Assembly: GCF_009914755.1 (NCBI RefSeq)
Contig: NC_060936.1
Source: the human T2T-CHM13v2.0 reference genome, Homo sapiens
Strand: one strand, 5' to 3'
DNA: 64,000 nt
The translations under genes and the position numbers were made by a program. Positions 62,086 through 64,000 of the stretch are shown here, piece by piece (positions within the stretch are counted from its first letter, which is position 1; every line of letters begins with the position of its first letter). The notes under the pieces were generated by a model. The model searched no databases, was not told the origin of the DNA, and saw only the letters and a list, made by a program, of their open reading frames with translations.

Positions 62086-64000
62086 TAATTTAGAAAAGTG
62101 ACTTGGTAATGTTAGATAATTTTTCCAAAGTCACAGAGGTAGAAAATGGTAAAGTGAGGATTAAAATTCAGATATTCGTATCCCAATCCAGAATTATTCC
62201 CACTTGCCATTTTGGACATACATATATTGTTTTGAAATATGTCTTTGAAACTGTTTCTCCCCATTTGATAATAAGTTTATCAATATCCTTATAATCTGAG
62301 ATTTTTTTTTCAGCAGAAATGATCTGTCTGATCAACGTAAAATTAGGTAGATAAAACAGCTTGGGAGAAGTCTTGTTGTAATGCTTTCTAAAGAATGTAT
62401 GTGGGCCTATTCTCTGTTTTACTTATCTGAGATACTATTTTTGTCATTAACAAATACTAAAAAAACTGAGCTGGATTAAGATAATCTTCCCATTTATAAG
62501 ACCTGATAAACACTGAAATAGCTATTACGAAGCCTCTGGAAGCTTCTTTCAGAAAGTAAGCATGGCACTAACAACACATCCTAAATGCTTCTGATTAACA
62601 CATTTATTTATTATTGGGTTGTGTTAGTAGCATTCTAGTTCATGTTTTATGGTCTTTGTTTTCCTCATATTTCAGCAGCTAGCTATAAACAATATTGATC
62701 ACATTTTAAATGTCTTCACTCAATAGAACTTGATAAATGAGAAATAAATTTCTAAATTAAGTAAATTACAGTAACACAAACATTTAGCATGATTGCTTGT
62801 GACATTATTTTGCATTTAAAGACAAAATTACAATTGAGCACTTGATGGGATTCTTGGACTACTAGTGTTTTGTTTTTCAATATCTAAGCATTGCAATTTT
62901 AACCCTACTGTTTGTAAGCAATGGGCCAGTTGCAAAGCTATAAATTTTGTGTTTCTTCAAGTAAGTATTGATTTATTTTCCTTCTTAAAATACATAAAGC
63001 AAAAACTAAAGGCTAAACTGAGAATGATTTCATAGACCCCAAATACTTTTTAATACATGTCAGAAAAATCAGAAAATTCATGTTGGTGCAAATAGGTTTT
63101 CAGCATCTCTCAGTAACTCTGTCTGCCTTTCTTTTTGTCTTTCAGTTAGCATTATGCCCCTAAATTATAGTTGTACAATATTGTCAATCCAGTCTATCCA
63201 AATACTTGTGATCAACATTGTGAATCACCACCAATGTTTATCAAAATGAAAACTACTACTGTATCACCATCATAATACGTTGGAATCATAGAGTGGAAAG
63301 GGAAAAGGAAAAAGAGTGGGAAGAATTGGGTTTGGGACCGAGCAGTACTGCTTACCGCCTTTGTTACCTTGAAGAACTAACTTTATTCTTCAGGGTCCAG
63401 AGATCTCTGGATCAATATGGGGATCAGTTAAGATCGTATAAGTATATATGCTTCAAAAAATATAAAAGTAGTAAACAAATGTAAGATACCTGTCAAATAA
63501 TTAATGGAAGACAGACTTTCTGACCCACTAAGATAGAGGAAGATCTAGGGGCTTTGTATGCAATGCATATTGGACAAATAATTGCATGAGAATAAAAATG
63601 ACTTGTCTGGCTTAAAGATTAACAGCCAACTGTTTTCACTAGGGAAATTGCATGGGGAAAGCAGGTAATAAATTAACATGAAGATAATTCCAAAATATTG
63701 CAATGGACAGTAATACATGTGACTAGTTTAGAGATTGGCATTATCTCCTTGGAACTGGGTAGATTTTTGTCAGTTTCAGGCCCGTAAGGTGCAAATATGC
63801 CTGGGAATGCATTTGCCCCCACATCAGAAAAAGTTTCGTTTTGGATAGATAGCAAGAAAAGTTGACACATGTGTCCTTTATTCATCCTGTGAATATCAGT
63901 ACTGGCAGCAAGGAAGATATGCTATTTTTTTAGTCTTTCTATAAGTGAAGAAAGGAACAAATATATTTAGTCTGTGAAGTAGTAGTGCCTGTGCTCAAAT

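Overview
This is AT-rich, repeat-rich primate genomic DNA, almost certainly human. The whole window lies inside TMTC2, an ER protein O-mannosyltransferase with C-terminal TPR repeats, on the + strand. Only two coding exons are present: 12575-12689 (115 nt) and 23435-23498 (64 nt). They splice in frame to ...GQFLLEEARLIEAAEMAKKAAELDSTEFDVVFNAAHMLRQASLNEAAEKYYDLAARLRPN..., and from memory they are exons 10 and 11 of 12. I did not see the flanking exons in the window. The rest is intron containing 8 Alus (7 antisense), a near full-length L1PB (6.7 kb), a truncated old L1PA, a 2.2-kb Tigger1 fossil, seven solo LTRs (one three-level nest), MER5/MER30, MIR/L2 relics and microsatellites. Nearly all ORFs in the supplied track are repeat-derived or spurious. 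I found no convincing new gene system. The most unusual items are retrotransposition products: a rare SVA2-type VNTR element, a tailless 5S rRNA retropseudogene and an Alu carrying 45 extra nt inside its target-site duplication (TSD). Several testable splicing and polyadenylation hypotheses for TMTC2 are also listed. Repeat subfamily names come from remembered consensus sequences, not from a database search.
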